A stretch of DNA of 64,000 bases. Source: Azolla caroliniana (lineage: Eukaryota; Plantae; Polypodiophyta). Below the pieces are notes generated by a model. The model saw nothing but the letters and a program-made list of their open reading frames with translations. It was not told the DNA's origin and ran no database searches. The stretch's first letter is position 1, and each line of letters opens with the position of its first letter. This document shows positions 1 through 10,025 of this stretch, one piece after another. The stretch lies in NCBI GenBank assembly GCA_043228905.1, contig JBHGNT010000010.1:9610001-9674000 (forward strand). Direction: 5' to 3'. A program made the position numbers and the translations under genes.

Positions 1-2611
1 CAAAAATCGAAGGCTCATCTGGCCTTGGATGTATTCCACCTATATCTTCCTCTTCATCTTCGTCTGTGTCACAGTCCTCCTTCGGAGCAGGTTGTGATTC
101 GGTTGGCTGCTCTGGTTCACTTCTTCCGGAAGCTTGAATACCAGGAGTCTTGCTGGTTCTTTCGGCTTCGATTTTATCCAACTGGACGGAAGTGCCTATA
201 TCATTTTTGTCGAATTCTTGCATAATACGTTGAATTTCTTCTCTGTAAAATGCCGCAATTTCATCCATATCTTTCATGATATCCTCTTGGATATTGTCAA
301 TATCCTTTTGTGCCATTTTAAAAAAACCTGCACCTTGTACCTGACGGTTATTTTTGTCGGCACGCAATATCTGTAATTCCGCCGCTTGTGCTGTCCATAA
401 CTTCCATCCTTGCGCAAGGGATTCATCGATCAGTTTCTTTGCTAGGTTTCGATGTTTACCTATGATGTGCTGCACTTTGTCCCTAGTGATGCTTGCGACG
501 TATTGGGCGGTTTGCAACTCTTTCTGTAAATCCGTAATAGTGGTTCGGTTCTCACTTTCAGCTCGCATTAGTTTGGATTCGACTACATATATATCCAGCC
601 GTCTTTGTTCCGCTATCTTCCGAATTTCGTCCAGTTGTTGTTCGAATGCCGATTTCTCTCTACTCCATTCCTCCTGCTGTTCCGTCATTCTTCTGTTGAC
701 TTCTTCAAGACTCTGCTGTTTTTCTGTCAATTGACTTTCCTGTGACACTATATACCTTTCGAATTCTTCAATTTGTTCGGTATATGTATGATTGGCCGTC
801 TTAGCTTCTTCTAGATTTTTCTGTAATTCGTTTATTACTTGATTTTTTTCTTCGAGAGCTTTGTATTGACCATTCTGAATGGTTTCTATTTGTTTTTCTA
901 ATTCTGTAGTTCGAAATACTGCATTGTTGGCCCTTGTTGTTTCTGCTTGACGTGCTTTCTCAGCATCCTCTAATTTCTGTTGCCATTCTGACTCCGACAC
1001 CATAAGCCGTGCCTGTGTTTCCCATTTGTTTAGACTTTCCTTTAGTTCTTTATTTTCTGCTTGTATGTTACAAAACTGATGCTTCAGCACCTCCGCCGAT
1101 GCTGATACACTTTTGTATCTTTCAGCCATATCACTGGCTGCTTTGCGTGCCGTTTCATATTCTTTATGAATTTCGACCAGTGCTTCATGTAATGGTGGCA
1201 TTTCAATAGCCTCCCCTCTATGCTGTGCACTTCTTTTCCGGCCTATTTTCTCTATCTCTGCTTTTTCTTGAGGTTCCAACACTCCTCGTAAGGCTTTCTG
1301 TATCATTATTCGGTCATTATGTTCTTGAGCCAGCCGTTCTGATACTTCTGTCAGTCTTTTAGCCAACCATTCAACCAGTTCGTATGAAGTTCCGAACTGT
1401 AAAATGGCAGCTAATTCATGTGCTGCTGGTGGGATATCCAAGTATCCATGTGCTTCCCGAATGGCTACTTTTGAAGATTGTCCTTGGTGAGGTTGTGTCG
1501 AAATGCTCTCATTCCCTGGTTTTAGTACTTCTGTTACCACAGGCGTATTCGACTTTTCATTTGTGCGTTGCCTTTTCGGTGCTGATCCCTCACTGTTTTC
1601 TGGTTGGAATTGCCGATTAGCCTTTTGTTTAATCCTTGTTCTTTGTCTCATCTTCTCTGCTTGTTGTCGATTTTCTGTCGGCTGTTGCTTGTTTCTCAAA
1701 TTGTCAACTGTTTCTGGTTGTCTGTTTTCGGAATTCTCTGGTCTAGGTGGTTCTGACTGAGACATATTTGTTTGTATATTATCGGCATGTGCCGATTCTT
1801 CTTCTATCCATTCTTCATGTACTAGCTGTCGGTGTCTTCGTGGTGCTTGTATTATCGGTGGTCTTCTTGACTGAACAGGAGTTTCCGATTCTTGAATCGG
1901 AAACAATACTGATAACCAACGACCAAAAATTTGCTTCATCGGTTTTCCTGTTTTTACCCCTTGTAGCTGCTCTCTCAGAGCTTCCCCCGACAATAGTGGC
2001 CAGTTGAAATCCTCTTTTTCATATGCGGCTATAATAAACCCAGCCCTTTCTTTCGGCATACAATAAAAACGAGGACTGACAAATCCCACCTCTAGTAAAA
2101 ACCTAGCCACTTCATGAAAAAACTCATCCCGACCTCCATAAGTCTGATATGCTTTTGCCGAGGGTGAGTATTCCCCGAAATACGATTGGAGTGCTTCTGA
2201 TGAAGGTTTTTTAACTGCCTCAAAACCTCCTCTTGGCATCTGTAATGCATTTCGTATTTTCTTTGTGGTGATTTTGGTGATGTCTATTTGTTGTACCAAT
2301 TCTTCCGCCTGCGGATGAGGTTCCGCTTCTGCTACTTTGATGAAACCTTGTAAGTTTCTCTCATGAAGCCACAATCGCAGTTCTTCAGATACAGGAATCG
2401 GCATGACTTCTGTGTTTCCTTGTTCTGAATCACTTGTCGATGACAGTTGCAGATCTGCACAGTTTCTGTAGCGATGAAAATCAGAAAAACAGAGTTTGGG
2501 CGAACTAGGGCACGAAGGAGGCTCAGACTGTTTGGATATCTGCACTCGTTTCTGTTGTTTTGGCGATACAGACGATACAGAAATATGCTTTAAAGATATT
2601 AATTTATGCAT
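1..2611 (-). CDS. Extra ORF ('ORF3', env-like position) of gypsy A, >=870 aa, coiled-coil rich, 3' end outside window
   Basis: ATG at 2611, in-frame TAA at 2618-2620 upstream. Hand translation of 1982-2611 and 2-520 shows no stop (MHKLISLK...MPIPVSEELRLWLHERNLQGFI...QGWKLWTAQAAELQ...EDEEEDIGG). The ORF track lists no minus-strand ORF here, consistent with a frame open to the window edge. Confidence 0.88.
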   Translation of the reverse strand, partial: MHKLISLKHISVSSVSPKQQKRVQISKQSEPPSCPSSPKLCFSDFHRYRNCADLQLSSTSDSEQGNTEVMPIPVSEELRLWLHERNLQGFIKVAEAEPHPQAEELVQQIDITKITTKKIRNALQMPRGGFEAVKKPSSEALQSYFGEYSPSAKAYQTYGGRDEFFHEVARFLLEVGFVSPRFYCMPKERAGFIIAAYEKEDFNWPLLSGEALREQLQGVKTGKPMKQIFGRWLSVLFPIQESETPVQSRRPPIIQAPRRHRQLVHEEWIEEESAHADNIQTNMSQSEPPRPENSENRQPETVDNLRNKQQPTENRQQAEKMRQRTRIKQKANRQFQPENSEGSAPKRQRTNEKSNTPVVTEVLKPGNESISTQPHQGQSSKVAIREAHGYLDIPPAAHELAAILQFGTSYELVEWLAKRLTEVSERLAQEHNDRIMIQKALRGVLEPQEKAEIEKIGRKRSAQHRGEAIEMPPLHEALVEIHKEYETARKAASDMAERYKSVSASAEVLKHQFCNIQAENKELKESLNKWETQARLMVSESEWQQKLEDAEKARQAETTRANNAVFRTTELEKQIETIQNGQYKALEEKNQVINELQKNLEEAKTANHTYTEQIEEFERYIVSQESQLTEKQQSLEEVNRRMTEQQEEWSREKSAFEQQLDEIRKIAEQRRLDIYVVESKLMRAESENRTTITDLQKELQTAQYVASITRDKVQHIIGKHRNLAKKLIDESLAQGWKLWTAQAAELQILRADKNNRQVQGAGFFKMAQKDIDNIQEDIMKDMDEIAAFYREEIQRIMQEFDKNDIGTSVQLDKIEAERTSKTPGIQASGRSEPEQPTESQPAPKEDCDTDEDEEEDIGGIHPRPDEPSIF

Positions 2612-2819
2612 GATGACTTAAAGAATAGTAATTGCTATTAATGTAGGAATTAATTAGTATTCACTCTACGTGTAGTGGTTGTACTCCTTACTAATAATCA
2701 TGCAATTCCTCTTTCTATTTATAGTCGATTCATACTGTTATGGCAAGATTGTATTTCTGCATTTGACAAGAACTATTGAGTGAGTTAGTTTTTTTTTTTT
2801 ATTTATTTATTTTTTTTTT

Positions 2820-5800
2820 TTACTCTTCCGTTTGAATAAACGGATTTACCGGCATATCTCCCAAATACGGTTTAAGCCGAAATCCATTTACCCATTTTGG
2901 TAAAACCTCTACGGTTAATGATCCCAGTTGGTACGTACCATTTTTACTATTAATTATCCATACTGGACCTGTCCATCTATACCGGAGTTTCCCAGGCATA
3001 AGTCCCATTCTCGTCTGGAATACCAATACCGGTTTCCCAATTTCGAATTGCTCTTCCGATTTCCTTCGATGTCGATTTACGAATGCCTTGATTTGTCTCT
3101 GCTTGTGTTCTAGTGCTGACATTGATTGAATCCGTTCTTCTTCTAATACTAATAAAGCCTCTTTGCGTATCTGCTCCGATTCTATTTCATTTAACTTATT
3201 CGTTGCTTGGATACGAAGTGTCGGAATTTGAAATTCGATCGGCATAACGGCTTCGAGTCCGAATGCCATTCGGAAAGGTGTTGATTTAATGGATGTTTTG
3301 TACGAAGTACGATATGCCCATAATGCACTATTTAACTTTTGATCCCAATCAGTACGATTTTCATTCACTATCTTCTTTAAAATTGTTTGAATTGTTTTAT
3401 TTGTCGATTCTGCCAATCCATTAGCTTGGGGATAGTAAGGCGTACTTTTCTTATGAACTACGGCATAGTAATTGGTTAATTCGTTAATTAACTTGTTAAT
3501 AAAATGAGTGCCTTGATCGCTTACCAATTCTATTGGGCAACCGAATCGACACCATATATACTCATACAGGAATTTTGCTGTGGATGCTGCCGTTTTGTCC
3601 CTGAGAGCTTTTGCTTCAACCCATTTTGTGCAATAGTCAGTCGCAATTATGATATATCGATTACCGGTTCTTGCAGCTGCTGGTTTAAATGGGCCAACAA
3701 AATCTAAGCCCCATTTCTGAAATGGCTCAAGAGGTAAAACCGGTTGAAAAGGCATTCGATCCTTTTCGGTTGGTTGCCCCATTCTTTGACACAAATCGCA
3801 TTTCTTACAGTATTCGTTAGCATCTTTCATCACCGTTGGCCACCATAACCCGCTATTCCATATTTTTCTGGCTGTTGCTTCTCCTGCGTAATGACCGCCA
3901 GCAATTCCACAATGTGACTCTGTTAATATGGCTGATTTTTCAAATTTTCGTACTGCCCTTCGCCATATTCCATCCGCTCCTTTATGATACAACATGTCAT
4001 TAAATAAACAAAAATTCCGACTTCGTACTGCAATTCTTTTTCTTTCATCTGTCGACATGTGTTCGGCCGGAATTCCTGTTGATAGAAATATCGTCATTTC
4101 GGAAATCCATTCATCCTCTTTTTCCTCATTCACTTCATGTGCTTTTACTGCCTCCACCCGAAATAATTGAGTATCTGGAAAATCATCTTTAACCCCAACC
4201 GCTTCTTCTCCAGACTCAAGCCGACTGAGATAGTCAGCAATCGCGTGCTGTGCTCCTGGTCGATGTATAATGTCGAATTCAAACTCTTGAAGCAATAACG
4301 TCCATCGGGCTAACTTGCCTGTCAATTCTTGTTTGGAAACTAGATACAGTAAAGCCGAATGATCCACATGAAATGTAAATTTCTTACCCAAAAGGTAATG
4401 TCGAAATTTGTTCACACTATATATCATTCCCAAAGCTTCTCTTTCGGTTGTTGAATAGTTTCTTTCGGCCGACGAAAGTTTCCTACTGGCATAGTATACC
4501 GGCCTATACCAGTTTGGTTCGGATAATTGCATTAAAGCACTGCCTATGGCAATGTCCGACGCATCGACGAAAACATGAAATGGTTTGTTCCAGTCCGGTG
4601 GTTGAACTACCGGAACCTTCGTCAGCATCTTCTTGAGACATTCGTACGCATCTTGTTCTATACTTGTCCATATAAAAGGAACTTTGTGTACTGCTGTGTG
4701 TAACGGAATAGCAATGTCTGCTAGATATCTCATCATTCTACTGTGCCACCGAATTTGACCCAAAAATCTACTTAGAGCTTTAGCATTTGTTGGTGGTGTT
4801 GCCTCAATAATTGCTTTAACTTTATCTGGGTCCACTGCAATCCCTTCTTGACTGACAATATGCCCAAGTAATGTACCACTCATTACTCCGAATGCGCATT
4901 TGGCTGGATTTAAACTAAGACGCCCTTTTCGACATTTTTCTAAACATAGCCGTAAATGCTCAAAATGATCAGCTTTCCGACTATATACTGCAAAATCATC
5001 TAAAAACACCTGCATGAAAGCTGGAATATATTCCCCGAATATTTCCTGTATTACCCGCTGAAATGTAGCTGGAGCTGTTTTTAAACCGAACATCATGACT
5101 ACTGCCACAAAGACACCCCATTCTGTGACGAAAGCTGTCTTTTCCTGATCTTCCGGATTCATCCGTACTTGGTTGTACCCACTGAACCCATCCAAGAAAC
5201 TATAAATTTCATGTCCCGCTACTGCATCTAATATCCCATCTGTGAATGGCAACGGAAACGCATCCGTAATTGTCGCTGCATTCAATTTTCTGTAATCCAC
5301 ACATACACGAATTTTCCCATTCTTTTTCGGGACTACTACTATCGGACTCAGCCATGTTGATTTTTTGACGGGTCGAATAAATCCTACTTTTAAGAGTTTA
5401 TCGATTTCTTCTTTTACTTTGATAGCATAATTCGGATTCAACCTGTACCTGCGTTGTTGTACTGGCTTTGCATCTTTATGCAAATTGATTTGATGTTGAC
5501 AAAAAGCGGGATCCAGACCTTTCATATCGTCAAAGGACCATGCAAAAACATCTTTATATTGTAATAGTAATGTTGTTAATGTCCGTTTGTCATTTACCGT
5601 CAAATCTCTAGCAATCAAGATTGTTTTTCTTTCAGCATCCTCTACTCCTGCCAAATCGATCTCCTCCAATGCTGAGGCTTGCACTCTCTGAGATACCTGC
5701 AATTCCTTATCTGTAGCTTCTTGTTGCATTCGTATTTCTTTCATTGTTTGCTCATCGATTGGCACTTCTTCGTGTGAGTCTACATATGGTGTTAATGCTT

Positions 5801-7844
5801 GCAAAATATCTACCTCAAATAGAGGGATGATTTTTTGATTATCATCAAAATACTGACTTTCTTCTTCCTCGTCCAATCCTTCCATCATATTAACTGCTTC
5901 TGCATATACAGATAAACTCTGTTTGCTTGTTGTCACTTTGTTGTGCGTCGGAATCCTGACCTTGTTTTTTCCTTTTCTAAATGTTAGCACATTCTGTTTC
6001 CAATTTTGTTTAATATTAGCTGTCTTTAACCATGGTCTCCCCAATAACAAGGGGTATGCTCCCTGTGTTTCTAACTGCAAAATTACTACCGAAATCTGAA
6101 AACTGTGTCCCCCGATTATTACATCCAGTTGTCGAAGCAAACCAATCGGTCGTACCGTACTTGTATCTGCCATTCGTAACCAAAACGGACATGCTTCCCA
6201 TTCCGTGATTCCCAGTTTTTCACATGTAGTTTTGTTAATCACATTAACACCCGAGCCTCCATCTATAATCACATTTCCGATTTCTTGCCCGTAAAGTATT
6301 ACCTTAATCGACGGATTCTGTTCATCCATGATCGAAGGGTTATTACTTGGCTGATTGTAGTGTACTGCTATTTGTTCGGAACCTTTATATGCAATTAATG
6401 CTGCCACTTTTTCTGTAAACCTTGGTACTAACTTAAGTAAGCCCTTAAGTGGTAATGACACTTGGCAATCAGCCAACAGTTTCCAAGTTTCTTCCTGTTC
6501 CTTATTCTCCAATGACTGTTGTACAACGATGTCCTGGTCAATGTTATTGTCTTGTAACATTCGATTCACATTACTTTGATTTGCTTCATCCACCCATTCC
6601 TTTGCCGCCTTCCGAACTTCTTCCTGAATTTCCCACTCTGATTGTTTGCTTTTGCTGCGTGTCGTTACTTGCTGAACTTCCGGTATTACCATATTAACTG
6701 CTGGACCCTTTCCTTTAACCGGACATTGATTAGCATAATGGCCTAGTTGTCGACAAATGTAACAAGTGGGCACAAATGTTGCACTGGTCTCTCCATGTGC
6801 AAATTGCCCGTTATTAAATTGCTGCTCTTCATTACCATTCGGGTTTTGTTGGTATTGACGTGTAGCTTTTGGTTTGTAAAATCTCTTGTTTTTATACCTA
6901 TTCGGCCTAAATTGTTCAGTATTATCATTTGGTTGTGCTATATTGTGTGGTATCCCGAACTCCTGATTTGGCGGAAAATTACTCTGTTGAAACATTTGAT
7001 TATTTTGTGGAACGGTTTGAGTATTATGTTGAAAAGTCATATTACCCGGTTGAAATGCCGGATTTGGTTGAAATGTAGAATTCGGTTGCACATTCGGACT
7101 GTTCTGTTGAAACCCTTGAAATGGTGGATTACCTTGTTGGAAACTTTGATTATTTTGTTGAAAATATTGATTCGGATTCTGTACGAATGGTGGGTTGGAT
7201 TGAGCAAAACCTGGTTGAAATGCTTGAGTCACTTGAGTGGGTTGCATATTTTGTTGTGAAAAGATCTGATTTGGCTGTAGAACCGGGTTCTGTTGTACAT
7301 TTTGCTGATTTTGTGAAAAATTATTATTTTGATAACCATTGAACAGATTAGTGTTATTTTGGTAACCATTGTCAGCAAAAATTTGTCGTACTGACGCCGT
7401 AGTCTTATTAAGCAGATTATATTCACATTGTTCTACGGAATGTAATTTTGAATGACATATTGTACAATGTGTTCTTAACGTACAGTCAATTGCCGAATGC
7501 CCCGTATTTAAACAAGTGGTGCATTGAACTGCTTGTCGAAATTGTAACTCCTCCATTGTTGGTAATGTACGGTGTAATGCCGACATGTCCATACTCTGAA
7601 CATTGACCGGTGGTCGACCCATTTCTATTGCTTTATCAATGACTTGTTCGATAGTCTGATTTCGAAAATCGAACACTTTCAATGTCGTCCTTAATGGTTC
7701 TTTTACAGCTTCTAGAAAGACTTCTTTTAATTCCTTATCCGGAATCGGTCTTGAAATCTGAAGCTGTAAGTTCTGAAATCGTATCACAAACTGAGATACT
7801 GTTTCATTTTTTTCTTGATATAACGCATAAAATTGCGCAATCAA
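2820..7844 (-). CDS. gag-pol: Gag(C-term)-Pol polyprotein of gypsy A: CCHC knuckles, aspartic protease, RT, RNase H, integrase
   Basis: 1674-aa ORF with CTTCLNTGHSAIDC, CYICRQLGHYANQC, IIDGGSG (protease), LDGFSGYNQ / MMFGLKTAPATFQ / FLDDF (RT), VDAS and NYSTTERE (RNase H), HCGIAGGH...CDLC (H2C2), LDFVGP...SDQG...NGLAE (integrase DDE). Confidence 0.97.
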   Translation of the reverse strand: MIAQFYALYQEKNETVSQFVIRFQNLQLQISRPIPDKELKEVFLEAVKEPLRTTLKVFDFRNQTIEQVIDKAIEMGRPPVNVQSMDMSALHRTLPTMEELQFRQAVQCTTCLNTGHSAIDCTLRTHCTICHSKLHSVEQCEYNLLNKTTASVRQIFADNGYQNNTNLFNGYQNNNFSQNQQNVQQNPVLQPNQIFSQQNMQPTQVTQAFQPGFAQSNPPFVQNPNQYFQQNNQSFQQGNPPFQGFQQNSPNVQPNSTFQPNPAFQPGNMTFQHNTQTVPQNNQMFQQSNFPPNQEFGIPHNIAQPNDNTEQFRPNRYKNKRFYKPKATRQYQQNPNGNEEQQFNNGQFAHGETSATFVPTCYICRQLGHYANQCPVKGKGPAVNMVIPEVQQVTTRSKSKQSEWEIQEEVRKAAKEWVDEANQSNVNRMLQDNNIDQDIVVQQSLENKEQEETWKLLADCQVSLPLKGLLKLVPRFTEKVAALIAYKGSEQIAVHYNQPSNNPSIMDEQNPSIKVILYGQEIGNVIIDGGSGVNVINKTTCEKLGITEWEACPFWLRMADTSTVRPIGLLRQLDVIIGGHSFQISVVILQLETQGAYPLLLGRPWLKTANIKQNWKQNVLTFRKGKNKVRIPTHNKVTTSKQSLSVYAEAVNMMEGLDEEEESQYFDDNQKIIPLFEVDILQALTPYVDSHEEVPIDEQTMKEIRMQQEATDKELQVSQRVQASALEEIDLAGVEDAERKTILIARDLTVNDKRTLTTLLLQYKDVFAWSFDDMKGLDPAFCQHQINLHKDAKPVQQRRYRLNPNYAIKVKEEIDKLLKVGFIRPVKKSTWLSPIVVVPKKNGKIRVCVDYRKLNAATITDAFPLPFTDGILDAVAGHEIYSFLDGFSGYNQVRMNPEDQEKTAFVTEWGVFVAVVMMFGLKTAPATFQRVIQEIFGEYIPAFMQVFLDDFAVYSRKADHFEHLRLCLEKCRKGRLSLNPAKCAFGVMSGTLLGHIVSQEGIAVDPDKVKAIIEATPPTNAKALSRFLGQIRWHSRMMRYLADIAIPLHTAVHKVPFIWTSIEQDAYECLKKMLTKVPVVQPPDWNKPFHVFVDASDIAIGSALMQLSEPNWYRPVYYASRKLSSAERNYSTTEREALGMIYSVNKFRHYLLGKKFTFHVDHSALLYLVSKQELTGKLARWTLLLQEFEFDIIHRPGAQHAIADYLSRLESGEEAVGVKDDFPDTQLFRVEAVKAHEVNEEKEDEWISEMTIFLSTGIPAEHMSTDERKRIAVRSRNFCLFNDMLYHKGADGIWRRAVRKFEKSAILTESHCGIAGGHYAGEATARKIWNSGLWWPTVMKDANEYCKKCDLCQRMGQPTEKDRMPFQPVLPLEPFQKWGLDFVGPFKPAAARTGNRYIIIATDYCTKWVEAKALRDKTAASTAKFLYEYIWCRFGCPIELVSDQGTHFINKLINELTNYYAVVHKKSTPYYPQANGLAESTNKTIQTILKKIVNENRTDWDQKLNSALWAYRTSYKTSIKSTPFRMAFGLEAVMPIEFQIPTLRIQATNKLNEIESEQIRKEALLVLEEERIQSMSALEHKQRQIKAFVNRHRRKSEEQFEIGKPVLVFQTRMGLMPGKLRYRWTGPVWIINSKNGTYQLGSLTVEVLPKWVNGFRLKPYLGDMPVNPFIQTEE

Positions 7845-8314
7845 ATCCTTCTACGGAATTTGTTGATGAAATAATTGTAAAAATTTACTAGTTAATACTT
7901 CGAAGGATGGAAATCCTTGAAGACCGTTCTGCGCAAACCAATTAGCGGAATATCCGTCTAATGATAAGACAAACTCAGCGATTTTTGACTTATCTTCGGC
8001 ATCTGCCGACAATCGCTGAGCTCCATGGTTAATCTCCCATGTCGTTAAGAAATCCCTAACATGTGCTTCCGCATCTGTTCCTTCCCGGAACTTAGAATAA
8101 GTATAAGGCATATCGTCGGGCAAATGTTGTAAAACGATACCTCTTCCGTCTGTTTTTCGTCTGAAGGTAATTGATCGGATAAGTCAGGAAGTTTCGACCA
8201 CTTTGTGCTTGATTCCGGCTGTTCTTGCGTAATGAACGCTTGCTGCACTACCTTCGTAACTGACCTTGTACGAGGGCGCTTACAACTGACCGGTGCCTCC
8301 TCTTCATACGACAT
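7845..8314 (-). pseudogene. gag: 5' part of gypsy A gag with one frameshift and one in-frame stop
   Basis: ORF 8045-8314 shifts frame near 8130 into ORF 7851-8123. The TAG at 7851-7853 is in frame with the 2820-7844 ORF (QQIP*KDLIAQF). Confidence 0.85.
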
Positions 8315-8350
8315 CCATTCGAATTGTTCTCTGCTTAATTGCAGATGTAA

Positions 8351-8362
8351 CCGGGCGTGCCA
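8351..8362 (-). other. Primer-binding site of gypsy A (TGGCACGCCCGG, tRNA-Arg-like)
   Basis: TGG-initiated motif 11 nt inside the LTR end; resembles the TGGCACGCCC PBS of Tat-type elements. Confidence 0.7.
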
Positions 8363-8373
8363 AAATTCTTTTG

Positions 8374-8830
8374 TGTTAATCGGCTAATTACTAACTATTA
8401 CCGATACAGAAGAGTGAACGTCGCTACTCAACGTTCTAACAAGGAATTGTGTTTTACGAACGGAATTATGCTATATTAATCGGTAATTACCGTGATCGTT
8501 ACTTAGTTATAAATTAGGAAGCTTGCACTTAAGATCATAGACAACAGAGAAACACAGAATCCGTACAAGATATTCCTAACTTAAACTTATATTACTAAAT
8601 AAAACGACGTTTCTTACAATGCCTTTGGTTCCCTTTTATAGGTATACCGAAGGTCTTTTCTCATCAAGAACTATTCCTACTCCCTAACAAGATTTACAAA
8701 ATTATCTAACTAACTTAGTTCTCTTCGTTTTACTGCTGAGTCATTGATCCGAACAGTCGATCCGAACCGACTCTGTTTTCGACGCTTTCCCACCTGTTCG
8801 GTAAAACTGACTGTCCGGGTTCGGGTAACA
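8374..8830 (-). repeat. 5' LTR of gypsy A (457 bp)
   Basis: TGTTA...TAACA termini, TATA-like CTATAAAAG at ~8633-8641 on the minus strand, abuts copia gag. Confidence 0.85.
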
Positions 8831-10025
8831 ATTCGACTCCATTTGGGACAGGACTCCTTTGTCTTTCCTCCTTGCCTCCTCATTTAGGATGCTTTTCTTC
8901 ACCGTCTGTAAAGACAAGTTCTCTTCTTGACAGGAGGTGCTAAGAGTAACCACAAAGTTCTCCCAGCTTTCCGACAGTGTGCACATCAGCAGGATGGCCT
9001 GCATTGCGTCATCCAAGGGAAACTTGGTCGCTGCAAGGTGATTCACATACCCCATGAATGTGCTGATGTGTTCGACGATGCTCTCATCGTCTCTGTATTT
9101 CAACCGTATGTTTTTTCTCATTAGCGAGGTTCTATTGAGCGCGTTCTTCCTCTCATACAGACCCGACAACTTCTGCCACATCTCGTGGGCATTCGTGTCG
9201 TTTGCCACATGCTGAAGGAAACTTATACCGACACATTGTCGGATTGTGGCCATCGCCTTCCTATTCAAAAGCTTCTAGTCCGACTCCAATACCCCCCTGG
9301 GTATTTCTGCTCTGTCGACTGGCTCATACAAGTCTTTGACTATGAGAAGGTCTTCCATCTTTATCTTATAGTTTACATAGTTCTGAGAGTTTAGAACTAT
9401 CATGATTGGGAATCTGCTCACACCTCCTTCCATGCTTGCACCTCAAGCTCTGATACCAGTTTGTTGAGAAATAGATGCGGACTTAAATCACACAAAGAAC
9501 AGACAAAGTTGAAAATATGAATCACACTAGTATGCAGAAAGACACATATGACAAGAGTGCACAAAGATTTACGTGGAAACCCTAAAAACGGGGAAAACCA
9601 CGGGTGAACAGATTCTTCACTATAACTAGTGGACATACAATACCGAGATGATTACAACACTCTGTCGAGTGTATCAGCTGCACAGGGCTCTTCGCGTCTG
9701 CTGTTACTCACACAACTATGGCACGGCTAACGTTTCTCTCTCACACGCTCACTCCTACTATGTTCGTCTCACTAACACTCTAACCCAAAGTTTTCCCTAG
9801 TTGCATATATACTTACGCAACTTTTTGGTTATTTACATACGTAGCCCTCATGGAGCGCACACTTAGACTATTTACAAGTATAGTCTCCCGAGTTGGCTAT
9901 TTACATGATTCCGGTTTCGGCCTTGGCCTATCGGCCTCGACCAAGTCCCTCATCAACTCGGCTCCTTGACTATCGGCTTTCCGGACGGTCGGATCTTCCT
10001 CCCACTGGAGGGACATATCCCAACA
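8831..10025 (-). mobile_element. Ty1/copia element C1 (5' LTR 9462-10025, tRNA-iMet PBS 9447-9458, truncated gag 8831-9433)
   Basis: TGTTG...CAACA LTR, TGGTATCAGAGC PBS, gag_2/UBN2-like translation (MWQKLSGLYE...KLKYRD...ILNEEARRK) with a stop near 9276. Interrupted by gypsy A and itself inserted into gypsy B. Confidence 0.92.

Larger units (their letters stand above)
1..8830 (-). mobile_element. Ty3/gypsy LTR retrotransposon A (non-chromovirus, Athila/Tat-like), near intact, 3' end beyond window
   Basis: 5' LTR 8374-8830, PBS 8351-8362, gag-PR-RT-RH-INT order with no chromodomain, extra ORF downstream of pol. Inserted into a copia gag at 8830/8831. Confidence 0.95.

Noticed and set aside
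25-2007. Plus-strand ORFs of 60-126 aa
   Set aside because: Antisense shadows of the long minus-strand extra ORF.
8741-8830. C-terminal extension of the 175-aa copia gag ORF as a fusion protein
   Set aside because: Read-through into the inserted gypsy LTR.
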